Assembly (NCBI GenBank): GCA_900234795.1
Contig: LT962688.1
Coordinates: 5,250,001 to 5,282,000 of the forward strand
Origin: Methylorubrum extorquens
Lineage (GTDB): Bacteria; Pseudomonadota; Alphaproteobacteria; Rhizobiales; Beijerinckiaceae
DNA: 32,000 nt
Direction: 5' to 3'
Within the stretch, counting starts at the first letter, position 1. Every line of letters starts with the position of its first letter. A program made the position numbers and the translations under genes. Of the stretch, positions 10,362 to 19,313 are shown piece after piece. The notes below the pieces were generated by a model that made no database searches, had not been told where the DNA came from, and was given only the letters and a program-made list of their open reading frames with translations.

Positions 10362-10628
10362 TCAGAACCCGGTCGCGATCCGGCCGTAGGTCATCTCGGC
10401 AAACGCGTAGATCTGCGCGCCGACGAAGGTGCCGGTCACCAGCATCACCAGCAGGATCGCGACGATCTTCGGGACGAAGGTGAGCGTCACCTCCTGGATC
10501 TGCGTCAGCGCCTGAAGCAGGGCGACCGCGATGCCGACCAGCATCGCCGCGCCGACGGAGGGCCCGGCGGCGACGATCACCGTCCAGATCGCCGAGCGGA
10601 CGAGTTCGAGGGCGTCGACCTCGTTCAT
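10362..10628 (-). CDS. fliQ: Flagellar export apparatus protein FliQ
   Basis: 88 aa with two TM helices. AAGPSVGAAMLVGIAVALLQALTQIQEVTLTFVPKIVAILLV is the typical FliQ core. Confidence 0.95.
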   Translation of the reverse strand: MNEVDALELVRSAIWTVIVAAGPSVGAAMLVGIAVALLQALTQIQEVTLTFVPKIVAILLVMLVTGTFVGAQIYAFAEMTYGRIATGF

Positions 10629-10645
10629 GATGGGGTCTTTGGATG

Positions 10646-10695
10646 GCGCATCGTTGTCGTCCGAAAGCCGGAACCCGCCTTTCGGGACGATGCGC
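10646..10695. repeat. Palindromic intergenic element, copy A (flgD-fliQ spacer)
   Basis: Outer 9-bp stem GCGCATCGT/ACGATGCGC and inner 7-bp stem CCGAAAG/CTTTCGG. The 46-nt core (10648-10693) matches copy B at 36 of 46 positions without gaps (hand alignment). Confidence 0.7.
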
Positions 10696-11102
10696 TAGCT
10701 GATCGAGATGCCGGAGGCGAGCAGCATCTCGCGGCCGTCGGTGAGCTTGGCCATCACGCCGTCGCCGGTCACCCGCACCGACTGCACCGTGCCGGAGGTC
10801 AGGCCGTCGGCCGAGGTGAGGCTGCGCCCGATGATCGCGTCGGCCTGATTCAGGAAGCTCGACGTGAGCAGCGAGTCGAGCTTCTGGTTGGTCTTGGTGG
10901 CCTGCTCGACCTGCGAGAAGGTCGCGAGCTGGCCGACATACTCCGTCGAGTCCATCGGCTTCGTCGGATCCTGATTCTGTAGCTGGGCCATCAGCAGCGT
11001 CAGGAACGTGTCGGCGTTCATCTTGGAGGCAACCGAAGTCGCCGCCTTCGCCGCCGCGGCGGTCGTCGTGCTGGTAGTCGTGCCGGTGCTGCTGACGTCC
11101 AT
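10695..11102 (-). CDS. flgD: Flagellar hook capping/assembly protein FlgD (short form)
   Basis: 135 aa. FlgD signature FLTLLMAQLQNQDPTKPMDSTEYVGQLATFSQVEQ. Confidence 0.9.
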   Translation of the reverse strand: MDVSSTGTTTSTTTAAAAKAATSVASKMNADTFLTLLMAQLQNQDPTKPMDSTEYVGQLATFSQVEQATKTNQKLDSLLTSSFLNQADAIIGRSLTSADGLTSGTVQSVRVTGDGVMAKLTDGREMLLASGISIS

Positions 11103-11108
11103 GGAAGT

Positions 11109-11630
11109 TCAGGCCTTGTCGGAGGAGAGGGCCGGCCGGGTCCGCGGCCGGCGGCGTTGGCCGGAGCGGGCGGATGGCACGAGGGCGGCGGGGGGCACCT
11201 CGGGGAGCGGAGCCAACGGGCCGAGCAAGGTGGCCTCCGTCGCGTAGAGGCCGCGGATGAGCTTCAGCGCCTCGAAGGCCCGGCCTGCCTCGACGAGGGC
11301 GTGCGCCGCCGCGAGCCCGTCCCGGATCGCGGGTTCGGTCGTCACGGCGAGGATGCCTTCCTCGATCCGGGCATAGAGCGACCGGGCCGGGCCGGCCTGG
11401 GCCGGGGTGATCAGCATGGTCTGCGCCGCGAAGTAGAGCTGGCGCAGGGGCGTCGTTGCCTCCTCCGCCTGGAGGACGTGGCCCTCCAGCAGGAAGGTCG
11501 CGTCGTTCATCAGTTCGAGCGCGACCTTGCGGTCGACGCGCACCACCGCGCCGTTGATGTAGACGCGCTCGCCCGCTTTCAGGCTCAGGTGCATGGTGCG
11601 GGCAGCGGCCCGGCCGGTCTCGCGCGTCAT
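11109..11630 (-). CDS. flbT: Flagellin synthesis regulator FlbT
   Basis: HLSLKAGERVYINGAVVRVDRKVALELMNDATFLLEGHVLQAEEATTPLRQLYFAAQTML matches the FlbT family. The ATG at 11630 has a GGGGG SD 6-7 nt upstream. The alternative ATG at 11594 lacks one. Confidence 0.85.
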   Translation of the reverse strand: MTRETGRAAARTMHLSLKAGERVYINGAVVRVDRKVALELMNDATFLLEGHVLQAEEATTPLRQLYFAAQTMLITPAQAGPARSLYARIEEGILAVTTEPAIRDGLAAAHALVEAGRAFEALKLIRGLYATEATLLGPLAPLPEVPPAALVPSARSGQRRRPRTRPALSSDKA

Positions 11631-11640
11631 GGCCCGCCCC

Positions 11641-11991
11641 CTACTGCAATCCGTCGCGGATCGAGGTGTTGACCTCGATCAAGGCCGCGAGGCTGCGGTC
11701 GGGTGCGCTTAGCACTTCGCCGGCCTCACGCATGTTCCACAGGCCGATGGCGACGAGGTCGGCGCGCAGGCTTTCGGGCAGCGCGTTCTCGGGGTCGAGC
11801 AGGTCGGCGATCAGCACGTTCCAGAGATCCTGGATCGAGCCGACCGCAGCACTCCGCGCCGGACCCGCCGCGGCGCCCTGCGCTTCGGCCGTGCGGAGCT
11901 GGCTGAGCGCCCGGTCGAAGGCGTCGCGCTCGCGCTCGCGACCGAGGTCGGGCGCGTCTTCCATGATCTCGGCATAAGACAGGCGGTACAT
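11641..11991 (-). CDS. flaF: Flagellin synthesis regulator FlaF
   Basis: 116 aa. MYRLSYAEIMEDAP...IQDLWNVLIADLLDPENALPESLRADLVAIGLWNMREA is FlaF-like, and it holds the canonical position upstream of flbT. Confidence 0.8.
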   Translation of the reverse strand: MYRLSYAEIMEDAPDLGRERERDAFDRALSQLRTAEAQGAAAGPARSAAVGSIQDLWNVLIADLLDPENALPESLRADLVAIGLWNMREAGEVLSAPDRSLAALIEVNTSIRDGLQ

Positions 11992-12031
11992 CGGGGCCGA
12001 CGCTCCGTACTCGGTTTCAACAGGCGGGCGT

Positions 12032-13084
12032 TCAGGAGATGAAGTTGATCAGGCTGAGGCTGCGCAACTGCGCGGTCAGCCCGTAGGACATCTGCATCTG
12101 GGTCGTGATGGCATCGACCCGGCTCTTGGCTTCGGCCGGATCGACGTTCTCCAGATCTCGGATCTGTCCGGTCAGCAGCGCGGTCTGCTTGGACATGCGC
12201 GCGTTCGCCTCCGTGATCTGACTCTGGGCGCGGCCGAGATCGGCCTGCATCGTCGTGAGGCTTCCGCTGACTTGGCCCAGAATGTCCATGACCTTGCCGG
12301 TGGCCACGTTCTGCGCCTCCTGCGAGAGGCCGGACAGGCCGAGCCCCGAGGCGATGACGTAGGCCATGCCGAGCTTGCGGAACGGCTCGGCGTTGGCGCT
12401 GACCGAGGTGGTGACGGTCTCGGTGAGCGAGATCTGACTGTCGAGGGTGCGGCTCGACGCGCCCGACCACGTCCGGCTCCAGTTCACCTCGGTGAACAGG
12501 CCGGCGAGGGGCCCGTCGATGAAGCCCTCGAGTTGGTTCGGGGTGATGGTGGACGCCGCCGCAGAGCCGGGCGCGAAGCCGAAGAAGTCCGTGAAGAGCT
12601 TATCGACCGCCGTCTTGGCGGCGGAGGTCGGGCTGCCCTCGTAGGAGGTCAGCGGTGCCGCCCCACTGTTCGTGCCGCCGAATACGAACTGACCGTTCGT
12701 GCTGGTGTTGAGCGTGCCCGCCAGCGCCGCGAGGCGGCCGCGCGCGGAATCCACGAGCGTCTTCGCCCGTTGATCGGCGGGGAGCGCGGTGAGTTCGTTC
12801 AGCGTCGTCTCGGCGGCCGAGCGGATCTCGGTGAGCGCGCCCTGCGTTGCCGCGAGGCGGGACGCGGCCGCGGCGTTGCTCTGAGTCAGTGAAGCGAGCA
12901 CGGCGCTCTGCCGCCGCAGGCCGAAGGCCCCGGCGACACCGCCGCCGAGGGTCGCGCCGACATCGGCGAAGCGGCCGGTGGCGATCTCCTTGGTCGCGTT
13001 CGCGAGTTCGCTCTGGAGCCGCGAGACGCCGGTGCGCGGCGCATTCCAGAGGTTGAGGCTTGAGATGAAGCCGGTCGTCATCAT
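12032..13084 (-). CDS. flgL: Flagellar hook-associated protein 3, FlgL
   Basis: 350 aa with flagellin-superfamily termini (N: RTGVSRLQSELANATKEIATGRFAD; C: DPAEAKSRVDAITTQMQMSYGLTAQLRSLSLINFIS). It lies directly after flgK. Confidence 0.8.
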   Translation of the reverse strand: MMTTGFISSLNLWNAPRTGVSRLQSELANATKEIATGRFADVGATLGGGVAGAFGLRRQSAVLASLTQSNAAAASRLAATQGALTEIRSAAETTLNELTALPADQRAKTLVDSARGRLAALAGTLNTSTNGQFVFGGTNSGAAPLTSYEGSPTSAAKTAVDKLFTDFFGFAPGSAAASTITPNQLEGFIDGPLAGLFTEVNWSRTWSGASSRTLDSQISLTETVTTSVSANAEPFRKLGMAYVIASGLGLSGLSQEAQNVATGKVMDILGQVSGSLTTMQADLGRAQSQITEANARMSKQTALLTGQIRDLENVDPAEAKSRVDAITTQMQMSYGLTAQLRSLSLINFIS

Positions 13085-13091
13085 GGCCGTA

Positions 13092-14555
13092 TCACCGCAC
13101 CGCGTCGAGGAGGGTCTTGAGGAGGTCGTTGACGACCGAGATCAGCTTGGCCGAGGCGCTGTAGGAGCGCTCCAACTGCAGGGCGAGGGCGGTCTCGTCG
13201 TCGCCGTTCACGCCCGCGACGTTCGAGAGCGCCTCGTTGGCGCGCGTCAGCAGGGTCTTCTGGTAGGACGCGTCGGTCGAGGCGTCCTTGCGCTGCGCTT
13301 CGAGCCACCCCGCGGAGGAAGCGGCGAGGTCGGGCAGGCCGGCGGAGGTGCCGAGGCCGAGGGCCGGATCGACGGGCCGGGCCGCCGACAATGCCGTGAG
13401 AAGGCCGCGAAGGCGGCCCGCATAGGCCGCGTCGCCGCCCGCCGCAGGATCCGCATAGTCGCTGCCGTTCATCCCGCCGCTGCGCAGCAGGGCGACGGAG
13501 CCGCCTCGGGCCGGGTCGACTGCCGCGTTGACCGAAATCGAGGCCGCGAGGCCGGTGCGTCCGGCGGCCGGAGGCAGGATCCCGCTGCCGCCCGCGGTGA
13601 ACAGGCCGGCCCGCGGACCGCTGTCGAGGCCCACGGCATCGCTCTCGGCGAAGGCATCGATCAACCCGCCTGCGAGGGCATCGAGCTGCGCTTCGTACTG
13701 GACCGCCGCACCGTCGCGCAGGGCCACGAGCCCGGCGATCCGCCCGGAATTGAGCGGCATCGGCGAGGTGGCCCCGGTCACCGGCACGCCGTCGATCCGC
13801 ACGCCGCCGCCGACGGTGCCCGCGGCAAAGACGGATGTGGCCGAGAACGTGACCGCGCGGGGGCCGCGCTCGAACAGGGTCACGCCGCCATCGGTATAGA
13901 GCGCCATGTCGCCGCCCTCGCGGGCCACCGCGTGGACGCCGATCTCCTGCGACAGCGCGGTCAGGATGCGGTCGCGGTCGTCCAGCGCGTCGGTGGCGTC
14001 GCCGCCGAGGGCGGTGGTCTTGGTCACGGCGCGGTTGGCGGCCTCGAACCGGACGAGAAGGTCGTTGATGCGGCTCACCGAGGCGGCGATTCCGGCATCG
14101 GCCTCCGCCCGTGCGGCGTGGATTGCGTCCGCCGCTTGGCTCAGGCTTCCCGCCAGAGCCTTGGCCGACTCGACCGCGTCACGGGCGAGCTGCGCATTGT
14201 CGGGCTGGTTGGCGGCGGCCTGGAGCGCGGCTTGGAAGGTCGTGAGGCGCGCGGCCGGCGCGGTCGGGTCGTCGGTGTCGCCGACGGTCTGCGCGAGCTT
14301 CGTCAGCCCGGTGAGAAGGGCGTCACCGCGGGCAGCGTCCGACGAAGCGTTCAGCGTGCGGGCATAGAGCGCCGGGTCGCCCGCACGGGTGATCGTCACC
14401 GTGGCGCCGCCCGTGCTGCCGGCGACCAGCGTCGCGATCTTGCGCGAATAGCCGGGATCGTTCGCGCCCGCGACGTTGCGCGCGGAGACGGCGATCTGGT
14501 TCGAGTTCGCGAGCAGCGAGGCGCGCGCGGTGTTGAGCGCGAGGGTGAGACCCAT
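13092..14555 (-). CDS. flgK: Flagellar hook-associated protein 1, FlgK
   Basis: 487 aa. N-terminus MGLTLALNTARASLLANSNQIAVSARNVAGANDPGYSRK; C-terminus LALQLERSYSASAKLISVVNDLLKTLLDAV. Confidence 0.9.
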   Translation of the reverse strand: MGLTLALNTARASLLANSNQIAVSARNVAGANDPGYSRKIATLVAGSTGGATVTITRAGDPALYARTLNASSDAARGDALLTGLTKLAQTVGDTDDPTAPAARLTTFQAALQAAANQPDNAQLARDAVESAKALAGSLSQAADAIHAARAEADAGIAASVSRINDLLVRFEAANRAVTKTTALGGDATDALDDRDRILTALSQEIGVHAVAREGGDMALYTDGGVTLFERGPRAVTFSATSVFAAGTVGGGVRIDGVPVTGATSPMPLNSGRIAGLVALRDGAAVQYEAQLDALAGGLIDAFAESDAVGLDSGPRAGLFTAGGSGILPPAAGRTGLAASISVNAAVDPARGGSVALLRSGGMNGSDYADPAAGGDAAYAGRLRGLLTALSAARPVDPALGLGTSAGLPDLAASSAGWLEAQRKDASTDASYQKTLLTRANEALSNVAGVNGDDETALALQLERSYSASAKLISVVNDLLKTLLDAVR

Positions 14556-14584
14556 CGGTCGGTTCCTGAGACGCGATACGAGAC

Positions 14585-14613
14585 GGGGACGCCGGTGTCG
14601 GGCCGGCGCCCCC
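14585..14613 (-). other. GC-rich intercistronic hairpin between flgE and flgK
   Basis: GGGGACGCCGG (14585-14595) pairs with CCGGCGCCCCC (14603-14613), giving an 11-bp stem with one mismatch and a 7-nt loop. On the minus strand only a weak T-containing tract follows (GTCTCGTATCGCGTCTC). Confidence 0.4.
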
Positions 14614-14633
14614 GGATGCGACGACGGTTCGCG

Positions 14634-15845
14634 TTAGCGCTTCAGGTTCATCAGGGTTTCGAGCAGCTCGTTGCCGGTCATGAACACCTTGGAGTTGGCG
14701 GTGTAGACCGTCTGCGACTCGATCATCGTGGTGAGTTCGGTGCTGACATCGACGTTGGACTGTTCGAGCGCGCCGGCCTTCAGGATGCCGCGCCCGCCCT
14801 GGCCGGCGAAGCCGACCTGGATGTCGCCGGATTCGGCGCTCGTCGTGAAGACGTTGCCCGCTCGCGGCGCGAGGTTGTCGGGGCTCGCCACATCCGCCAG
14901 CGGCACCTTGAACGCGGCCTTGCGGGTGCCGTCGGTATAGACCGCGTAGACAGTGCCGTCCTCGCCGAAGGCGGTTCCGCTCACGGAGGTGGGCGACGAG
15001 CCGTTGGCGGTGCCGGAGAGGTTGTGGTCGCCGGAGAGCTGGGTCAGGCCGCCCAGATCGACGGTGATGCTACGGCCGTTCGGCACGGCCACGAGAGCCG
15101 AGCCGCCGCCGTTGACCTTACCGTTGCCGTCGAAGGTCACGCTGGTGGTGCCGACCGGCGTGGTCGGGGCCGCCGGGTCGAAGAATTCGACAGACCACGT
15201 ATTTGCGGCGGTCTTGGTCATCTGGACGTCGAGCGTCACCGGCCGGCCGACATTGTCGTAGACCTTGAGCGAGTTCTTCTTCGAGTAGCCGATGGCACCC
15301 GTCGCCGTCGGATCGTAGACCGGCGTCTCGAAGGAGAGGTTGCCGCTGACCGTGGCGGCGGTGGAGGGCCGCGCCTCCTGGCCCATCACGCTGACATTGA
15401 CCGGCTTGAGGTCGGCCACGCCGTTGAGGACCGGGTTCGGGGTGCCGTTGGCGAGGCTGTAGCCCATCAGGGTGAAGCCGCCGGCATTGACGAGGTTGCC
15501 GGTCTTGCCGTCGACGACGAAGTTGCCGGCCCGGGTCATGAAGGGCGCGCCGGCGGCATCGCTCACCACGAAGAAGCCGTTGCCCTGGATCGCGAGATCC
15601 TTGTCGGAATTGGTCGAGGCGATGGGGCCGCCCTCGCTCACCGAACGGCGCAGCGTGGTCTCGACCGCACCCGAGTTGTAGTTTCCGACATCGCCCGAAT
15701 CGAGCAACAGCGACGAGAACTCAGCCGAAGTGCGCTTGTAGCCGGTGGTACTGGCGTTCTGAATGTTCTCAGCCACCGTCGAGATGCGGTTGGACTGAGC
15801 GTTCATTCCGGAGACGCCCGTGCGGAGCACGCCGATGAGACTCAT
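14634..15845 (-). CDS. flgE: Flagellar hook protein FlgE
   Basis: Canonical N-terminus MSLIGVLRTGVSGMNAQSNRISTVAENIQNASTTGYKR from the ATG at 15845, with GAGG 7 nt upstream. The track start at 15887 is a GTG extension. C-terminus GALEQSNVDVSTELTTMIESQTVYTANSKV. Confidence 0.92.
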   Translation of the reverse strand: MSLIGVLRTGVSGMNAQSNRISTVAENIQNASTTGYKRTSAEFSSLLLDSGDVGNYNSGAVETTLRRSVSEGGPIASTNSDKDLAIQGNGFFVVSDAAGAPFMTRAGNFVVDGKTGNLVNAGGFTLMGYSLANGTPNPVLNGVADLKPVNVSVMGQEARPSTAATVSGNLSFETPVYDPTATGAIGYSKKNSLKVYDNVGRPVTLDVQMTKTAANTWSVEFFDPAAPTTPVGTTSVTFDGNGKVNGGGSALVAVPNGRSITVDLGGLTQLSGDHNLSGTANGSSPTSVSGTAFGEDGTVYAVYTDGTRKAAFKVPLADVASPDNLAPRAGNVFTTSAESGDIQVGFAGQGGRGILKAGALEQSNVDVSTELTTMIESQTVYTANSKVFMTGNELLETLMNLKR

Positions 15846-15927
15846 GCGGACACCTCGTTGACTTTCGAATTCTGGCGCACTGGACACGGTGTCGCTTGCG
15901 CGGGGCTGAAGGTTTTGCGGGGCACAA

Positions 15928-17256
15928 TCATCCCCGCAGGGATTGGGCGAGCTCGAGGAAGGCGTCGCGGCTCGGCGGCTGGCCCGGCTCCTGGCGCAGG
16001 GCCTCGTAGATCCGCGGCACGAGGCTGACGGCTTGGTCGAGATCGGGATCGCTGCCGGCGCGGTAGCCGCCCATCAGGCGCAGATCCCGTGTCTCCTCGA
16101 AGCGGGCCATCATGCTCTTGAGCTTGCGCACGAGCTCGCGCTGGTCGCCGGTCCAGACCTCGCCCGCCAGGCGCGAGATCGAGCCGAGCAGCTCGATCGC
16201 CGGGTAGCGCCCCTGCTCGGCGATGGCGCGGTCGAGCACCACGTGGCCGTCGAGGGTGCCGCGGATCGAGTCGGCGACCGGGTCGTTGTGGTCGTCGCCA
16301 TCGACCAGCACCGAGAAGATGCCGGTGATCGTGCCGGTGCCCTCCGCGCCGGGCCCGGCGCGCTCCAACAGCCGCGGCAAGTCCGAAAAGACGCTCGGCG
16401 GGTAACCGCGCGCCACCGCCGGCTCGCCCGCGGCGAGCGCCACGTCGCGGGCGGCGTGGGCGTAGCGGGTCACGGAATCGACGATGAGCAGCACCGACTC
16501 GCCGCGGTCGCGGAAGGACTCGGCCACGGCCAGCGCCACCTTCGGCGCTTGGCGGCGCATCATCGGGCTCTCGTCGCCGGTCGAGACCACGATCACGGCG
16601 CGGTCGCGGGCGGCGGCGATGGGGCCTTCGAGGAACTCGCGCACCTCGCGTCCGCGCTCGCCCACCAGCGCGACCACCACGCTGTCGAAGCCCTGGGCGC
16701 CGGCCAGCATCGCCAGCAGGGTCGATTTCCCCACGCCGGAGCCGGCGAAGATGCCGATGCGCTGGCCGGCGCAGAGCGGCGTGAACAGGTCGATCGCCCG
16801 CACCCCCGTGGGCAGCGGCGTCTTCACCCGTGCGCGGGTCATCGCGGCGGGCGGGTCGGCATCCAGCGGAACGCTGGCGGTCCCCTCGGCCAGGGGGCCG
16901 AGCCCATCGACGGGGCGGCCGAGCGCGTCGATCACCCGGCCCTTCCAGCGCGGGTCCGGGCGCAACTGCGCCGGGCCGATGCGGTGGGCGAGGCTGCCGA
17001 TGCCGGCCTCGATCCGGCTTTCGAACGGCTTCACCGTGGCGCCGGCCGCATCGATGCGGACCACCTCGCCGACCTGCGTGCGGCCGTCGGCGGAAAAACC
17101 CATGCGGTCGCCGAGCCGCACGAAGGCGGACACGCCCGCGACCCGTGCCGCACTGGCGGTCACCTCGCGCACGGGGCCGGCGACCCGCACCAGCGGCAGG
17201 TCGCGGCGCCCGGCCTCCATCGCCTGTTCCAGGCGCTCGATCGCGTTGAGGGTCAT
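15928..17256 (-). CDS. fliI: Flagellum-specific ATPase FliI
   Basis: 442 aa. Walker A GIFAGSGVGKSTLL, Walker B VLLIVDSVTRYA, and F1/T3SS-ATPase-like motifs (GSITGIFSVLVDGDDHNDPV variant). Confidence 0.95.
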   Translation of the reverse strand: MTLNAIERLEQAMEAGRRDLPLVRVAGPVREVTASAARVAGVSAFVRLGDRMGFSADGRTQVGEVVRIDAAGATVKPFESRIEAGIGSLAHRIGPAQLRPDPRWKGRVIDALGRPVDGLGPLAEGTASVPLDADPPAAMTRARVKTPLPTGVRAIDLFTPLCAGQRIGIFAGSGVGKSTLLAMLAGAQGFDSVVVALVGERGREVREFLEGPIAAARDRAVIVVSTGDESPMMRRQAPKVALAVAESFRDRGESVLLIVDSVTRYAHAARDVALAAGEPAVARGYPPSVFSDLPRLLERAGPGAEGTGTITGIFSVLVDGDDHNDPVADSIRGTLDGHVVLDRAIAEQGRYPAIELLGSISRLAGEVWTGDQRELVRKLKSMMARFEETRDLRLMGGYRAGSDPDLDQAVSLVPRIYEALRQEPGQPPSRDAFLELAQSLRG

Positions 17257-17260
17257 CGCA

Positions 17261-17989
17261 TCAGCCCTGCGGTCCCAGCGTCTTGACGGCGCCGGTGAGG
17301 GTGGTGTCGGCCTCCGAAGTCATCGTCGCCGCGCTCTCGAAGGCGCGCTGAATCGCGATGAGCCGGGTCATCTCCATGATCGGATTGACGTTGGCGCCCT
17401 CGACACAGCCTTGCACGAGGCCGATGCGGGTGAAGTCCTGCACCGGCCGGCCGGGCAGGCTCGCGGCGACGGCATTCTCGCCCGAGCGCGTCAGCGTCGC
17501 CTTCGGGTCGATGCTGAACACGCCGAGCGCGCCGACTTGGTTCACGCCCTGGTGGATGCTGCCATCCCGGCCAATGACCGGCGGGCCGGCCTGGGGATCG
17601 AGCAGCAGCCGGCCGCCGCCGGGATCGACCACCGGCATCCCGCCCACCGTGCGCAACTGCCCGTTGGCGTCCATCGTCAGGCGCCCGTCGCGGGTATAGA
17701 GCGTGTCGCCCTTCGGTCCCTTCACGCCGAGCCACGCGTCGCCCTGGACGGCGACATCGAGGGCGGAATCGGTCTTCGTCGTCGGGCCGGCGGCGCGCGA
17801 GATGGTGGTCTTGCCCGGACCGACGAAGGCAACCTCGCCGCGGTTCGAGCGGGCGAGCAGTTCCGAGAAGCTGACTTCCTCCGCCCGGAAGCCCACCGTC
17901 GCCATGTTGGCGACGTTGTTGGCGGTCGTGGTCAGGCGCTTTTCGAGGGCGATCTGGCTCGACAGGGCGACGTAGAGGCTGCTCTGCAT
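17261..17989 (-). CDS. flgF: Flagellar basal-body rod protein FlgF
   Basis: 242 aa. N-terminus MQSSLYVALSSQIALEKRLTTTANNVANMATVGFRAEEV; C-terminus GCVEGANVNPIMEMTRLIAIQRAFES. Confidence 0.9.
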   Translation of the reverse strand: MQSSLYVALSSQIALEKRLTTTANNVANMATVGFRAEEVSFSELLARSNRGEVAFVGPGKTTISRAAGPTTKTDSALDVAVQGDAWLGVKGPKGDTLYTRDGRLTMDANGQLRTVGGMPVVDPGGGRLLLDPQAGPPVIGRDGSIHQGVNQVGALGVFSIDPKATLTRSGENAVAASLPGRPVQDFTRIGLVQGCVEGANVNPIMEMTRLIAIQRAFESAATMTSEADTTLTGAVKTLGPQG

Positions 17990-17994
17990 GGCCC

Positions 17995-19248
17995 TTAAGC
18001 TCCGATCCGCGCCGTCTGCACGCTCTGGAGCGTCTCGGCGTCGAGGCTGCCCGTGCCGGTGAACAGAGCCAGGATGGGTGCGCTGGCGGTGTTGTTCTGC
18101 GCGTCCCAGATCGCCGCGAAGCGCCGCACGAAGGCGTCGAGCTTGGCAGGGTCCCGGAAGCTCGCGATGTCGATCTTGTCGGCGATCAATTGGGCCCGCT
18201 TGGCCAGGGCCTCGCTCGTGGCCGCGCCGCTCGTCGCCGGCAGGCCGATCACGGTGTTGGCCACTTGGCTCAGCGCCGCATCGCCGAGGATGTCGTAGGC
18301 GCTCGCGATCGTCGATGCCTTGCGGGCGAAGTAGAGCGCGAGGCGCACGCCCGTATCGGCGTCGCCTGCCTCGCTCTCCAGCGACTGGCGCAGATAGGCC
18401 TGGGTGACGGCCTGCGCCATCGAGTCGGGACCCAGATCCGTGCCGAAGCCGACATCGACGGCGGTCCGATTGGCGGAGAGCGGGGCATTCCGGATCGTCA
18501 GGGTGCGGTTCGGTCCGCCCGCGTTCACCAGCGTGTCGGCGTCTCGGCCCGTGCCGCCGTAGGCGCCGTCGGCGCCGAGATCGGTCAGTGCGGTGGTCTC
18601 GAAGAACAGGCTCCCGTCGGCGGCAAGACCCGCCTGGACCTTGCCCTTGAGGGCGGATGCCTCGATCTGTGCCGCCACCGCTGCGGCGATCTCCGCGGGC
18701 GTCACCTTCGCGGGATTTGCCACCTGACCGGCCAGGGTTTGCGCGTTGAGCCGGATCGTGACCGATTGCGTCGTCGTGGCGTCGAGCCGGGACTCCACGA
18801 GGAAGCTCGCCTCGGCCCGGCCGCTGAAATCGTAGGAGTCGGCCAGGAGCTTCGGCGCGCTGAGCGAGGCGGCGCGGGCCTGCTCACCGAAGCGCGCGGG
18901 GTCGGCGCCCGTAGCGGTGACGCCCTGGCCGAAGCTGAACGCCTTGGCAAAGGCGGTGTAGCGATCGTCCGCAAGGCGGTTGGCGAAGCTTGCCGCGCTG
19001 GCAGCGCCTTCCTCCAGCACCTTGCGCATGAACGCCTTGGCGTAGGTCATATCCTCCAGGCCGTAGGCCTTCATGGCGTAGGCGTAGAGGCGCTGGTCGC
19101 CGAGCAGGTCGTCGACCGATTTCACCTGGCCGATATGCGCCTCGTAATAGGCGGTCTCCCGGGCAACCGTCGGCTCGGCCGCCTTCCGGGAGAGGGAGGC
19201 GGGGAGATCCTTGGCGATCAGCCGGTAGCTGGTGAGGGTGTCGGTCAC
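17995..19248 (-). CDS. DUF1217-like flagellar-cluster protein
   Basis: 417 aa. SYRLIAKDLPASLSRKAAEPTVARETAYYEAHIGQVKSVDDLLGDQRLYAYAMKAYGLEDMTYAKAFMRKVLEEG, with a second related C-terminal module (...AYDILGDAALSQVANTVIGLP...). It starts a tight string with flgF and fliI. The family name is from memory. Confidence 0.65.
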   Translation of the reverse strand: MTDTLTSYRLIAKDLPASLSRKAAEPTVARETAYYEAHIGQVKSVDDLLGDQRLYAYAMKAYGLEDMTYAKAFMRKVLEEGAASAASFANRLADDRYTAFAKAFSFGQGVTATGADPARFGEQARAASLSAPKLLADSYDFSGRAEASFLVESRLDATTTQSVTIRLNAQTLAGQVANPAKVTPAEIAAAVAAQIEASALKGKVQAGLAADGSLFFETTALTDLGADGAYGGTGRDADTLVNAGGPNRTLTIRNAPLSANRTAVDVGFGTDLGPDSMAQAVTQAYLRQSLESEAGDADTGVRLALYFARKASTIASAYDILGDAALSQVANTVIGLPATSGAATSEALAKRAQLIADKIDIASFRDPAKLDAFVRRFAAIWDAQNNTASAPILALFTGTGSLDAETLQSVQTARIGA

Positions 19249-19313
19249 GGGCAGGCGCCTGAGTGAGAGCGCGGGAAGAAGGCAACCGACGGCTCGGCGG
19301 CGCGAGCAGGATC

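Noticed and set aside
15871-15882. TGGCGC string checked as a sigma-54 (TGGCAC-N5-TTGC) promoter upstream of flgE
   Set aside because: It is on the wrong strand for flgE and lacks the TTGC element. I found no sigma-54 or sigma-28 (TAAA-N15-GCCGATAA) consensus upstream of flgE or flagellin.
12978-16028. 1016-aa plus-strand ORF spanning flgL, flgK, flgE and the fliI 3' end
   Set aside because: It is a shadow ORF typical of about 70% GC DNA, Arg/Gly/Ala/Asp-rich with no motifs. The opposite strand encodes four proteins with unmistakable flagellar signatures. The same applies to 15943-17286 +, 8884-10389 +, 16484-17998 +, 18190-19266 + and similar track entries.
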